Shown: positions 1 to 8,932 of the stretch, one piece after another | Numbering within the stretch: position 1 is the first letter of the stretch | Layout of the letters: every line of letters starts with the position of its first letter | DNA from: Actinomycetales bacterium | Lineage (GTDB): Bacteria > Actinomycetota > Actinomycetes > Actinomycetales > CAVURS01 | Assembly (NCBI GenBank): GCA_045807245.1 | Contig: JBJMHS010000016.1 | Span: forward strand, 41,952-105,951 | Direction: 5' to 3' | Length of the DNA stretch: 64,000 nt | Notes under the pieces: generated by a model | What the model saw: only the letters and a program-made list of their open reading frames with translations | What the model was told of the DNA's origin: nothing | Database searches by the model: none | Program-made: the position numbers and the translations under genes

Positions 1-354
1 CGCGTGCCGAACGTGCGGGGCGACGACCTGCTCGCGACGGCGCGACCCTTGCTGGCGGACATCGCGTCGCCGACCCACTCGAACGCCGCGGACGGGATGC
101 TCGAGATCGGAGCCCTGGGTGTCAGCAAGGCCGCGCCGCTGGCCCGGCTGGCTGAGCACCTCGGAGTCGGGGTGGCGGACGTCGTGGCCTTCGGTGACAT
201 GCCGAACGACGTCGAGATGCTGCGCTGGGCCGGGCAGTCGTACGCGATGAGCGGTGGTCATCCGGAGGCCGTCGCCGCGGCCAAGGGTGTCGCGCCTCCG
301 TGCGAGGAGGACGGCGTCGCCCAGGTGCTCGAGGTCCTGCTCGCGTCCGGCTGA
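1..354 (+). CDS. HAD-superfamily hydrolase (Cof-type/HAD-IIB), C-terminal fragment; 5' end lies outside the window
   Basis: The frame is open from base 1. The translation carries HAD motif GDMPNDVEML. TGA stop at 352-354. Confidence 0.75.
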   Translation, partial: RVPNVRGDDLLATARPLLADIASPTHSNAADGMLEIGALGVSKAAPLARLAEHLGVGVADVVAFGDMPNDVEMLRWAGQSYAMSGGHPEAVAAAKGVAPPCEEDGVAQVLEVLLASG

Positions 355-360
355 CCTTCA

Positions 361-490
361 CCCCCCGGTCGTCGTACCCCTCCAGTGCCGGTCTACCCCT
401 CGAAAGCCGCCGTGCGGGGCCGGTTTCGCGGGTCTGAGCGGCTTTCGGAGGGTAAACCGGCCGTCGAGGGGTACGACGACGCGCGGGGGG
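361..490. repeat. Nested imperfect palindrome of about 130 bp, copy 1 of a dispersed intergenic element (copy 2 at 61608-61728)
   Basis: Perfect outer arms GTCGTCGTACCCCTC (368-382) and GAGGGGTACGACGAC (466-480). Inner arms CCCCTCGAAAGCCGC (396-410) and GCGGCTTTCGGAGGG (438-452). It fills the gap between the convergent HAD and bpa stops. Confidence 0.75.
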
Positions 491-1081
491 TCAGAGGTAT
501 TGGCCGGTCGGGCGGCCGGGCTCCTCGCCGTCGCCGTCGCGTGGGTCCCGCTGGCCGGGCCCGCCCGCACCGGGCATCGAGTAGCCGGGGCCGACCGGGC
601 CGGGCCCGACCGACACCCCGGGCGGGAGCTGGTGACGCATGCCCTCGAGCTGCATCCGGGCCGCCATCTGCTGGGCGACCAGGGCGGTCTGGATGCCGTG
701 GAACAGGCCCTCGAGCCAGCCGACCAGCTGGGCCTGCGCGATCCGCAGCTCGGCGTCGGTCGGCGTCTCGGTGCCGAACGGCAGGGTGATCCGCTCCAGC
801 TCCTCGACCAGCTCGGGCGCGAGCCCCTGCTCGAGCTCGCTGATCGAACGCCGGTGGATCTCCGTCAGCCGGGCGCGACCCGCCTCGTCGAGAGGCGCAC
901 CGCGGACCTCCTCCAGCAGCTGCTTGATCATGCTGCCGATCCGCATGACCTTGGCCGGCTGCTCGACGAGCTCGATCGGACTGGCCTCGTGCGACTCGTC
1001 CTGGCCGCCCCCGGGGCCTGGGGCGCTTCCGATCCCGCTCGGAGTGACCACGACGACGCGATCGTCCGGCTGCTCGCTCAT
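491..1081 (-). CDS. bpa: Bacterial proteasome activator Bpa/PafE
   Basis: Internal ATG at 1081 of ORF 491..1489 (MSEQPDD...). Helical core ...LVGWLEGLFHGIQTALVAQQ... followed by a Gly/Pro-rich tail ending in the proteasome-docking motif GQYL. The upstream part of the ORF is Arg/Pro-rich and looks non-coding. Confidence 0.85.
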   Translation of the reverse strand: MSEQPDDRVVVVTPSGIGSAPGPGGGQDESHEASPIELVEQPAKVMRIGSMIKQLLEEVRGAPLDEAGRARLTEIHRRSISELEQGLAPELVEELERITLPFGTETPTDAELRIAQAQLVGWLEGLFHGIQTALVAQQMAARMQLEGMRHQLPPGVSVGPGPVGPGYSMPGAGGPGQRDPRDGDGEEPGRPTGQYL

Positions 1082-1167
1082 TCGTCCATCCTGCCCGACC
1101 CGGGACGTTCGCTCCTGCCAGGGGATATCCGGTTGCCGCGGCCAGGCCCGCCCGCCACGCTGTCCGG

Positions 1168-2184
1168 GTGCCGCCAACCCCCGTGCTCCTGCCGCTCCCG
1201 GACGGCTGGCCGGACGGCTGGCCGGACACCTGGAGCGTGCGCTCGCCGCGGCCGGCCGACGCCCCGGCGGTCTTCGAGCTGGTCTCGGCGTGCGACGAGG
1301 CGGTCCTCGGCTATCCGGACGTCTCGCTCGCCGATGTCGAGTCCGACCTGGGCCAGGACCCTCATCGCCAGCTGCTCGTCCTGGACGGGCCGGCGGCGGT
1401 GGCGTGGGTGTGGGTCGACGACAAGGCAGCCGGCCGGACCCCCTCGGACGTGTACGTCGACCCGCAGCTGACTGCGCGTGACCCGGCACTGGCGGACGAC
1501 CTGGCCCGCTGGTGCTGGGACCACGCGTTCGTCCAGGCCGCCTCGATCGCCGCCGAGCGCGGGCTGTCCGAGACGGGCGTCGAGACGGGAACCCTGGACG
1601 GGGACACCATCGGGCAGATCCGGGCCTCGGCCGCCGGCTTCACCCGGGTGCGGACCTTCTGGCGCATGCAGCGACCGCTCACAGCCGACGACCGCGAGCC
1701 GGTCCCGGCGGCCGGCGTCGCGATCCGTTTGCTGGCTCCGGACGAGACGCGATCGGCGTACGAGATCGTCGAGGGCGCGTTCGCCGACCACTGGAACTAC
1801 CACCCGCGCACCTACGACGAGTGGTGGGACCAGTACGGCAACCGCTCCGGCTTCGATCCGGCGCTCTGGTGGGTGGCCGAGGTCGACGGGCAGCCGGCTG
1901 GCGTGCTGATCGCGAACCGACAGATGGCGGACGAGAACGCGATGTACATCGCGATGTTGGCGACCCGCCGGGAGGCGCGCGGTCGCGGTGCGGCGAAAGC
2001 GTTGCTGCGCAAGGCTTTTGCGGCTGGGCTGGCCGAGGGATGGGGTGCCGCGAAGCTCAACGTCGACAGCGAGAGCAGCACGTCCGCGCCGGCCCTCTAT
2101 GCAAGCGTCGGCATGTCGGTCGAGTTCGCGCTGCACGCCTGGCAGCAACAGGTCGTGGCCGGTTACCGAAGCAGCGCACGCTAG
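1168..2184 (+). CDS. Two-domain GNAT family N-acetyltransferase
   Basis: ORF 1168..2184. The C-terminal half has the acetyl-CoA motif RREARGRGAAKALLRKA. TAG stop at 2182-2184 overlaps the stop of the convergent gene (CTAG). Confidence 0.75.
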   Translation: MPPTPVLLPLPDGWPDGWPDTWSVRSPRPADAPAVFELVSACDEAVLGYPDVSLADVESDLGQDPHRQLLVLDGPAAVAWVWVDDKAAGRTPSDVYVDPQLTARDPALADDLARWCWDHAFVQAASIAAERGLSETGVETGTLDGDTIGQIRASAAGFTRVRTFWRMQRPLTADDREPVPAAGVAIRLLAPDETRSAYEIVEGAFADHWNYHPRTYDEWWDQYGNRSGFDPALWWVAEVDGQPAGVLIANRQMADENAMYIAMLATRREARGRGAAKALLRKAFAAGLAEGWGAAKLNVDSESSTSAPALYASVGMSVEFALHAWQQQVVAGYRSSAR

Positions 2185-2795
2185 TCGGCGCCGCCCCCTG
2201 TTGGGCGTGACTCTGCGCGCGGACCGAACACCGCATAGGTGACCAGCCCGCCGACCGCGAGCGCAGCCGCGACGGCTTCGGTCGCCGAGGGATAGGCGGT
2301 AGACAGCACGGTCCACCAACGCAGCGGTGCTCCGGTGCGTCGGGCCAGATGAGGCAGCAGCACCACCAGCGGCACCGTCGAGGCGGGACCGAGTCCGAGC
2401 GTGCAGAGGGCCACCGTCGACAACCCGGCCAGGAGGCCGATGTCGATGCGCAGCTGGGTCGCTCCGATCAGACCCTGGACGGGCTGGAGTGCGACGAAGA
2501 CGACGACGACCGCGAACAACCACCAGGCCGCTCGCAGCCGGCCGAGGGGCCGAGCAGCCAAGGCGACGGCGGGGTCGACCTGGTCGTTCAGCACCACCGG
2601 CAGCAGCGAGATCGCCAGAACCGGAAGGATCAGCGTGACGCTGAGCGAGGCGTAGGAGTCACCCAGCGGGTTGGTCAGCCGGTCCTCGATGACACCTTGG
2701 GTGACAGCCCAGGTCAGGAGCATCAGGCCGACCAGGCCGAAGCCGGCGCCGGCCGTCGCGTGGTTGCTGAGCCAGACCCGGCGTACCGCACTCAC
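2181..2795 (-). CDS. Polytopic membrane protein, last gene of the ABC operon (possible ABC-2-like permease)
   Basis: Hydrophobic segments run through the C-terminal 200 aa of ORF 2181..2996. GTG at 2795 is the chosen start and is uncertain. Confidence 0.5.
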   Translation of the reverse strand: MSAVRRVWLSNHATAGAGFGLVGLMLLTWAVTQGVIEDRLTNPLGDSYASLSVTLILPVLAISLLPVVLNDQVDPAVALAARPLGRLRAAWWLFAVVVVFVALQPVQGLIGATQLRIDIGLLAGLSTVALCTLGLGPASTVPLVVLLPHLARRTGAPLRWWTVLSTAYPSATEAVAAALAVGGLVTYAVFGPRAESRPTGGGAD

Positions 2796-2925
2796 AGCGG
2801 CGTCCCCGTCGAGGGCAGGTCGGCAAAGCGGCAGGTGGCCAGGTCGGTCGCAAGCTCGGCCACCCGGGCTCGCTGTTGCTCTGGTGACCGCCGCAGGAAC
2901 CCGCTGACGTCGGCGCCGGCGTGGG

Positions 2926-4083
2926 TCACCCCCTTTCGCCCGACAGGCCAGGGTCCTGCCCGACCAGCCAGGTGAGCACGATCTGCTCCGCGGCACCTAC
3001 GTCGTCGAGATCGACGCCCGTCCTCCATTGTGGGCAGCCGCTGGGGGCGACGACTTCACCCATGATGACCAGGGACTCCGCCGGCTGGTAGGCGGTCTCC
3101 GGATCGAAGATCGTCAGCGTGTTCTCGGCCGGTGGTACGGACGGGAACCAGCCGACGAACGTGTCGGGCAACCCGCTGGCTCCCGTCGATCTGAGCAACA
3201 CTGCCGTTCGGTCGGCGATGTGGGCTGCGCGTTCCGCCAACCCGGCGTAGTCGGGCAGCACGCACACCTGGGGCCGCTCACCGGTGCAGTGATCGGCCAC
3301 CGGGATAGGAGCTCGGGGCGTCCAGACCAGGGGATGCGTCTGCACGACCCGGACTCCGAACAGCAACAGTCCGGCACAGGCGGACAGCTGGATCCACCGG
3401 CTTCGGCCGGCGGCGAAAGTGCTGCACGCTGCCAGCAGGGCGAGACCACTGACGGCCACGCAGAACGTCAGCCGACCAAGAACCGCAAGGTCGTCCGGGT
3501 GGCGGCTGATGAAGCTGCCCGACCCGCCGTCGCTGATGAATCCCAGCGGCCACCGGGGGCTGCCGTAGTCGGTGTAGGCCGCGAGCAACGCGACGGCCGC
3601 CGCCACCAGCAGGCCGACGAGGTGGTCGACGAACCAGCCGATGAGGTAGCCCAGAGCGGTGAACGCCGGAAACGCGGCGAACTGGACCAACAACGGACCG
3701 ATCGGCCACCCACCGACATGTGCCGTCGTCAGGCTGACGGCACCGAGGACCATCAGCACGAGCAGGTGAAGCACCGCCGGCACGCCCGCAGCGACGCTCA
3801 CCCGTACGGCGAGGTGCCGGCGTCCCTCGGCGCAGGAGCGGAGGAGTCCGCTGACGTCGAGCGCTCGGTCCTGCCGGGCCGACCACGCTCCGAGTCCGGC
3901 CAGGAACGGGGAGAACAGCATGACCACCGGCGCGATGGCCTCGACGAGCGAGCTGAGCTCGCCGCGCCATCCCGCCCCTCGGCTGAGGGCAACCATGACG
4001 TCCAGGCCGAGGAAGACCGGCAGGACGAGCCAGACCGCCGGAGAATGCAGGGCGACGGTGGCGATCCGACGCCTACCGCTCAC
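2926..4083 (-). CDS. Membrane protein with multiple TM helices and a Cys-containing C-terminal extracytoplasmic domain
   Basis: ORF 2926..4479. The first ~130 codons are an out-of-frame overlap with the ABC ATPase. GTG at 4083 precedes the first TM segment (ATVALHSPAVWLVLPVFLGL). Confidence 0.55.
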   Translation of the reverse strand: MSGRRRIATVALHSPAVWLVLPVFLGLDVMVALSRGAGWRGELSSLVEAIAPVVMLFSPFLAGLGAWSARQDRALDVSGLLRSCAEGRRHLAVRVSVAAGVPAVLHLLVLMVLGAVSLTTAHVGGWPIGPLLVQFAAFPAFTALGYLIGWFVDHLVGLLVAAAVALLAAYTDYGSPRWPLGFISDGGSGSFISRHPDDLAVLGRLTFCVAVSGLALLAACSTFAAGRSRWIQLSACAGLLLFGVRVVQTHPLVWTPRAPIPVADHCTGERPQVCVLPDYAGLAERAAHIADRTAVLLRSTGASGLPDTFVGWFPSVPPAENTLTIFDPETAYQPAESLVIMGEVVAPSGCPQWRTGVDLDDVGAAEQIVLTWLVGQDPGLSGERG

Positions 4084-4825
4084 GGCGCACCACGGCCAGG
4101 AAGGCCAGCTCGCCGTCCTGCTCGGCGACGCCGCGGCGGGCGGCCTCCGCCCAGAACTCCTCGACCGACCCGTGAAACGCGACGCGCCCTTCGTCGAGGA
4201 CCAGGATCGAGTCCGACCAGCGCACCACGTCCTCGAGCAGATGGCTGCTGATGACCGCCGTCCGACCGGCCGCCGCTGCGGAGACGACCTCGCGGACCTG
4301 ATGTCGTTGCTCGGGGTCGAGGCCAGCGGTCGGCTCGTCCAGGAGCAGCACTCCGGGGTCGTGCACCATGGCCTGAGCAATGGCGACCCGCCGCAGCATC
4401 CCGCCGGACAGCTGGGAGACGCGCGCCCGGCGCTTGCCGGCCAACCCGAGCTGGTCGAGCACGACACCCGCGCGCTCACCGGCTCGAGCCGGCGTCAGCC
4501 CGTGCAGCCAGCCGAGATAGGTCACGAGGTCCTCGACGGCCACGTTGCCCGGCGCCCGAAACTGCTGTGGTGCCAACCCGATCCGCCGTCGTACGTCCCG
4601 CAACGTCCGCCGCGCCACGGGTTGGCCGGCAACGAAGACCGTGCCTTTGCGTGGTCGAACCAGCCCGACCAGCGCGCTCATCAGCGAGGTCTTGCCGGCG
4701 CCGTTCACCCCGACCAGGCCCGTGACTCCGGGACCGATGGACAGGTGGTCGACGTCGAGCGCGACGACATCGCCGTACGAGATGCGTACCTCGTCCAAAC
4801 GCAGAGGAGACACCCCGGAGGTCAC
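4073..4825 (-). CDS. ABC transporter ATP-binding protein
   Basis: Walker A GVNGAGKTS, signature LSGGMLRR and Walker B VLLLDEPT. GTG starts are possible at 4825 or 4813. Confidence 0.85.
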   Translation of the reverse strand: MTSGVSPLRLDEVRISYGDVVALDVDHLSIGPGVTGLVGVNGAGKTSLMSALVGLVRPRKGTVFVAGQPVARRTLRDVRRRIGLAPQQFRAPGNVAVEDLVTYLGWLHGLTPARAGERAGVVLDQLGLAGKRRARVSQLSGGMLRRVAIAQAMVHDPGVLLLDEPTAGLDPEQRHQVREVVSAAAAGRTAVISSHLLEDVVRWSDSILVLDEGRVAFHGSVEEFWAEAARRGVAEQDGELAFLAVVRRER

Positions 4826-4836
4826 CGGGAGCCCGG

Positions 4837-5349
4837 TCAGTACGAGGTGGTGAGGACGGAGGTCGCGCTGCAGGGATCGCTGGCCAGGTAGTGGTCCTCG
4901 CAGATCTTGTAGTACCCCCGCGCGCGATCCGCGTTGTCTATCAGTGAGGTCGAACCGTACTGGGAGCCCCAGATCTGCTTGCGCCAGTTGGGAAACCGGT
5001 CGCCGTCCTTGACCTACCAGCACGATCCACCCTGGCTGCCACAGGTGGTGCTCGTCGGACCTGGTCCGTAGAAGTAGTAAGTCGCGGATACGTAGACCCC
5101 ACGGCCGTTGTCGCGGTAGGCGAAGTACGACTGGGTCCCGCCGACCGCAGTCGCGTCCGCGCGCTCGCCGAACACGCCCTTGCCCACGCCCTCGTTCCAT
5201 CCGTCACTGGTGACCCAGTTCGGGCCCCAGGACTGGTACGACCCCGGTGTCCCCGGCCGATGGGGTGCGGCCTGCGCCACCCCGGCGCCGAGTGCGATGC
5301 CGGCCGCGATGACAGTGGCGACGGTCATGATGCTGCGAACTCTGCTCAT
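4837..5349 (-). pseudogene. Secreted Cys-containing protein gene interrupted by an in-frame TAG (5014-5016)
   Basis: Sec signal MSRVRSIMTVATVIAAGIALGAGVAQA, with SD GGGGAGA upstream. After the TAG the same frame stays open for 58 GC3-rich codons (VKDGDRFPNWRKQIWGSQYG...SVLTTSY) to TGA 4837-4839, and that stretch has no internal start codon. Confidence 0.6.
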
Positions 5350-5360
5350 CGAGGTCTCCC

Positions 5361-5396
5361 CCTGAACGATGGTCCGGCCCGATCCGGACGTTCAGG
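5361..5396 (-). terminator. Bulged GC-rich hairpin between the amidotransferase stop and the SD of the secreted-protein gene
   Basis: Arms CCTGAAC/GTTCAGG and GTCCGG/CCGGAC. There is no U-tract. Confidence 0.3.
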
Positions 5397-5466
5397 CGAT
5401 GCTACTCATACGTGTGCAGGGCCGGGCAAGACGCGCGAAGCATCTGTGGACAGATGGTGACCGCTC

Positions 5467-6177
5467 TCAGACCCGAGCGCGGACCAGGCCCATCGCGTCG
5501 AGCGCGACGTCGACCAGCGCATGCGTGGCGGCTCGCGCGTGCTCGGCCCGCTCCCGCGTCTCGCCCATCAGGGCCGCCACGTCGACCTCCTGCCGCGCCA
5601 GCGGCTCGGCATCAGCCGAGAGCCAGCGCTCGAGGATGGCGGGCGACACCTCGGGATGGAACTGCCAGGCCACGAGCCGCAGCCGTCCGTCCGGTGCCTC
5701 GACCGCGAAGCCCTGCGGCCCCGCGTCGGATACGCCGGTCAGCCGGGCGCCGTCGGGCACGGTGAACCAGTCGTCGTGGTACTGCACCCACGGACCGGGC
5801 GGGCAGAGCGCCGGGTCGTGCGACTCGACGTAGTACCAGCCGAGCTCGTGAGCGCCGCCCTTGGTCACCGTGCCGCCGAGCGCCGCCGCGGCCAGCTGGG
5901 CGCCGTAGCAGATCGCCATGACCGGCACGTCGCGGTCAAGGCAGTCCAGCACGAGGGCCGACTCGACCGCGACCACGTCGTCGCGGCCCGCGTCGGCGAC
6001 CCCGTCGGCCGAACCGAGCAGTACGACGAGGTCGGCCCGGCCCGCGTCGGGCAACGGTCCGTCGACCTTCAGCTCCCCGCGCAGCGCCAAGGTCAGCTCG
6101 GCGCCGAGCTCCTCGAGCCGCTCACCGACATAGCCGGGGTCACTGTCGCCCCGGTCTCCCACCACGAGCACGCGCAC
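5467..6177 (-). CDS. Class I glutamine amidotransferase (GuaA-like GATase1 domain protein)
   Basis: Nucleophile elbow MAICYGAQL and the FHPE His-Glu pair. Confidence 0.8.
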   Translation of the reverse strand: MRVLVVGDRGDSDPGYVGERLEELGAELTLALRGELKVDGPLPDAGRADLVVLLGSADGVADAGRDDVVAVESALVLDCLDRDVPVMAICYGAQLAAAALGGTVTKGGAHELGWYYVESHDPALCPPGPWVQYHDDWFTVPDGARLTGVSDAGPQGFAVEAPDGRLRLVAWQFHPEVSPAILERWLSADAEPLARQEVDVAALMGETRERAEHARAATHALVDVALDAMGLVRARV

Positions 6178-6199
6178 GGTCGAAGGATGCCACGGTTCC

Positions 6200-8932
6200 T
6201 CACCGGGCCAGCCGCCGGACCATCGGCAGCCGGGACCGGGTGAACACGCCCGTCACCAGCCCGGCGAGCAGCGGTACGCCGACGACGACCGCGAGCAGCG
6301 GCAGCCACGGGATCGCGATGACCGGGCCGGAGGAGTCCCGCGGCGGCGTGAAGCTGGTGTACGAGTTCGCCGTCAGCGGCCAGGTCACGGCCAGCCCGGG
6401 CACGAACCCGAGGACCACGCCGAGCGCCGTGCCGACCAGCCCGATGACCACGGACTGCGCCGCCGCGAACCAGCGACGGGTCCGCGGCGGAGCACCGACC
6501 GCCGCCAGCGTCGCGAGGTCCGGCCGCGCCTCGCTCATCGCCAGCGCGGTCGCCGTGATGGTGGCGACCAGGACGACGAGCGAGCCGACCAGCAGGAGCA
6601 GGAACAGCACGAACCGGTACGGCAGCTCGTAGCCGCGCTCGACGTACAGGGTCGAGTCGAGCAACGTGACCTTGCGGTTCAGCTGGTCCTGCTGACCCTT
6701 GGACAGGGTCGGACCGCCGATGACCACCTGGCTGGGCAGGGTCGGCATGCCGAGCGAGCGGGCGGTCTCCGGGGTCATGACGAGGGAGGCCACTCGTTGG
6801 GTGCGCGGCGTGGGCGGCAGCAACACGGCAGCCGGGAGGGTACGGCGGACCGTCACCGTGGCCTGGCTGCCGTCGGCCGACACGCTCACGACGCCCACCG
6901 ACGCGTGCCCGGCGGTGATCGCGTCGGGCGCGGCTACGAGCACCCCGCCGTTACGCAGCGTCTGCTCCGCCGCGGCGTCGAGCGGCACGCCGAACGCGCG
7001 CAGGGTCGGAATGTCATCGGCCACAACGGATTCCGAGGTGTTGAATCGCTGCCAGCGGGACGGGCAGTCGCTGGCCTCCTCGTTGAGCCCAGCCGCCTGC
7101 CGGAGCGAACATCCGGGCATCGCGACGACGACGTTGCGGGTCGGGGCGGCGCCGGGCCGACCGCCGGATCCGGGTGCGAGCGGGGCGAGGTCCTCCACGC
7201 GGTTGCCGACGAACACGGCTCGACCGGGCATCACCTCGTGGATGGCGGCCAGGACAGGCGGCTCCGCATCGGCCCGCGGCAGGCTGACCGTCGCCAGGCC
7301 GGGTGCCGTGCGCGGCTCGTAGTCGCGCCGCCCTTGGGCGCTGTCGCTCGCCAGCCCGATGGCCAGCGCCGTGATCCCCGTCACCGAGGCCATGATCGCG
7401 GCCACGGCCGGTGCACTCCGAGAACGCTGGCGGGCGGCGTCGCGCGTGGCCAGGCGCAGGGGCAGCGGTAGGTGGCGGGCGAGCCGGCCCACCTGACCGA
7501 CCAGCCAGGGCGTCAACGCGACCGCGCCGAGGACGATCACGACCGTGCCGGCGGCGACGTACAGCTCGCCTCCGGGGCGCGTGCCCCGGGTCAGGTCTGC
7601 CGTGGCTCCCCCCGCGAGCAGGACCAGACCGATCACCGGCCAGCCGGGGTGGCTGCGCACCTGTCCGCGACGCCCGGCCAGCTCGGTGGCGACGTCGGCG
7701 CGAGCCGCCTGCAGTGCGGGTGCCAGGGCGGCAATCACTGCGGCCGCCGCGCCCACCGCCAGAGCCGCGGCCAGCTCCCGCCAGCGCCAGTCGAACGGGC
7801 CGAGCCCGACGCCGTAGTGCTCCACGACCGGCATCACCGCGCGGCTGAGCGGCAGGGCCAGCAGGGCACCGGCGCTGGCCGAGCCGAGCCCGATCAGGAG
7901 CGCATGGGCCAGCACCGTCCGGCGTACGTCGCGCGGCGTACTGCCCGTCGCGGCAAGCAGCGCCAGGTCGCGCCGACGTCGCCGGACGCCGACCGCGAAC
8001 GCCGGTCCGGCGAGCAGCACGACCTCGATGACGATCGAGACGACGACGAGGGCCAGCACGGCCTTGGTGGCCGGGGCGACGGAGGCGAGCTGGGACTCGC
8101 GGCGGTCCAGCGTGGCCCCGGCCGGCGGGTGCTCGACGACCGCGCGGGACAGCACGAACAGTCCGGCCGCGTTGAGCTGCTGCACCTCGGCCCAGCTGAT
8201 CGGCTGCTGCCGGACCACGAGGTACGACGCGTCGGACGGGTCGTCGGTGCCCGCGCCGTGCAGCGCGCCGACCAGGCCGAGGACGCGCCGGTCGCGGTTG
8301 GAGAGCCCGATGGTCGTGTACGACCCGACCACCGTGAAGGAGGCGCCCGAGTCGAGGTCGCGCACCGTCGATCCCACGCGCCAGCCGGCGCCGTCCACCA
8401 GACCGGGCGTGAGCAGGATCTCGCTGGCCTTGGCCGGGAGGCGCCCGGAGAGCAGGTGCACCATGCCGCGGGTCTGCGGGTCGGCCAACGGCAGCTCGGT
8501 CGCATTCACCGACAGGGCGGCGGCTCCCTGCGCGAGGCGCGAGCTGCCCTCCCAGAGCGGCAGCAGCCGCCCGCCCGTGAGCCGCTGCAGCTCAGCCGTC
8601 GTCCACGGTCGGGCGGGACCCGGCTGGGCGTCGCGAGTGGCCCAACCATCGCCGTCGGGCGCCTGGTCGACGGGCACGCGGGTGTCTCCGGTGGTCCGCA
8701 CCAGTCCGGCGGTCTGACCCAGCTGCGAGGTGAGCGACTCGCGGGGGCTGACCTCGTTGGTGTGGTACAGCGTCGCCAGGCTGACGACGAGCAACACGGG
8801 AACGCCCACCATGATGGCGACGAGCGCGGCCCGGCCCTTGCCGCGCACGATCTCGCGACGGGCCAGCCGCAGGGCCACCCGCCAGGATCCGCGCCAGCTG
8901 GCCGAACCGATCCGGCCGGGCGCCCCGCTCAC
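6200..8932 (-). CDS. FtsX/MacB-like ABC transporter permease with duplicated FtsX domains (910 aa)
   Basis: Two hydrophobic FtsX-like modules are separated by large extracytoplasmic regions. The start overlaps the stop of the upstream ATPase. Confidence 0.85.
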   Translation of the reverse strand: MSGAPGRIGSASWRGSWRVALRLARREIVRGKGRAALVAIMVGVPVLLVVSLATLYHTNEVSPRESLTSQLGQTAGLVRTTGDTRVPVDQAPDGDGWATRDAQPGPARPWTTAELQRLTGGRLLPLWEGSSRLAQGAAALSVNATELPLADPQTRGMVHLLSGRLPAKASEILLTPGLVDGAGWRVGSTVRDLDSGASFTVVGSYTTIGLSNRDRRVLGLVGALHGAGTDDPSDASYLVVRQQPISWAEVQQLNAAGLFVLSRAVVEHPPAGATLDRRESQLASVAPATKAVLALVVVSIVIEVVLLAGPAFAVGVRRRRRDLALLAATGSTPRDVRRTVLAHALLIGLGSASAGALLALPLSRAVMPVVEHYGVGLGPFDWRWRELAAALAVGAAAAVIAALAPALQAARADVATELAGRRGQVRSHPGWPVIGLVLLAGGATADLTRGTRPGGELYVAAGTVVIVLGAVALTPWLVGQVGRLARHLPLPLRLATRDAARQRSRSAPAVAAIMASVTGITALAIGLASDSAQGRRDYEPRTAPGLATVSLPRADAEPPVLAAIHEVMPGRAVFVGNRVEDLAPLAPGSGGRPGAAPTRNVVVAMPGCSLRQAAGLNEEASDCPSRWQRFNTSESVVADDIPTLRAFGVPLDAAAEQTLRNGGVLVAAPDAITAGHASVGVVSVSADGSQATVTVRRTLPAAVLLPPTPRTQRVASLVMTPETARSLGMPTLPSQVVIGGPTLSKGQQDQLNRKVTLLDSTLYVERGYELPYRFVLFLLLLVGSLVVLVATITATALAMSEARPDLATLAAVGAPPRTRRWFAAAQSVVIGLVGTALGVVLGFVPGLAVTWPLTANSYTSFTPPRDSSGPVIAIPWLPLLAVVVGVPLLAGLVTGVFTRSRLPMVRRLAR

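Noticed and set aside
5014-5016. Possible reassignment or programmed read-through of TAG, given two in-frame TAG codons (5014-5016 and 25998-26000) inside otherwise coding-looking frames.
   Set aside because: TAG is used as an ordinary terminator elsewhere in the window: the GNAT gene at 2182-2184, the convergent membrane gene at 2181-2183 and the histidine kinase at 27861-27863. None of those has coding-like sequence after the stop. One of the two affected genes also carries a frameshift, so pseudogenisation is the simpler reading. I saw no suppressor tRNA or pyl-like genes.
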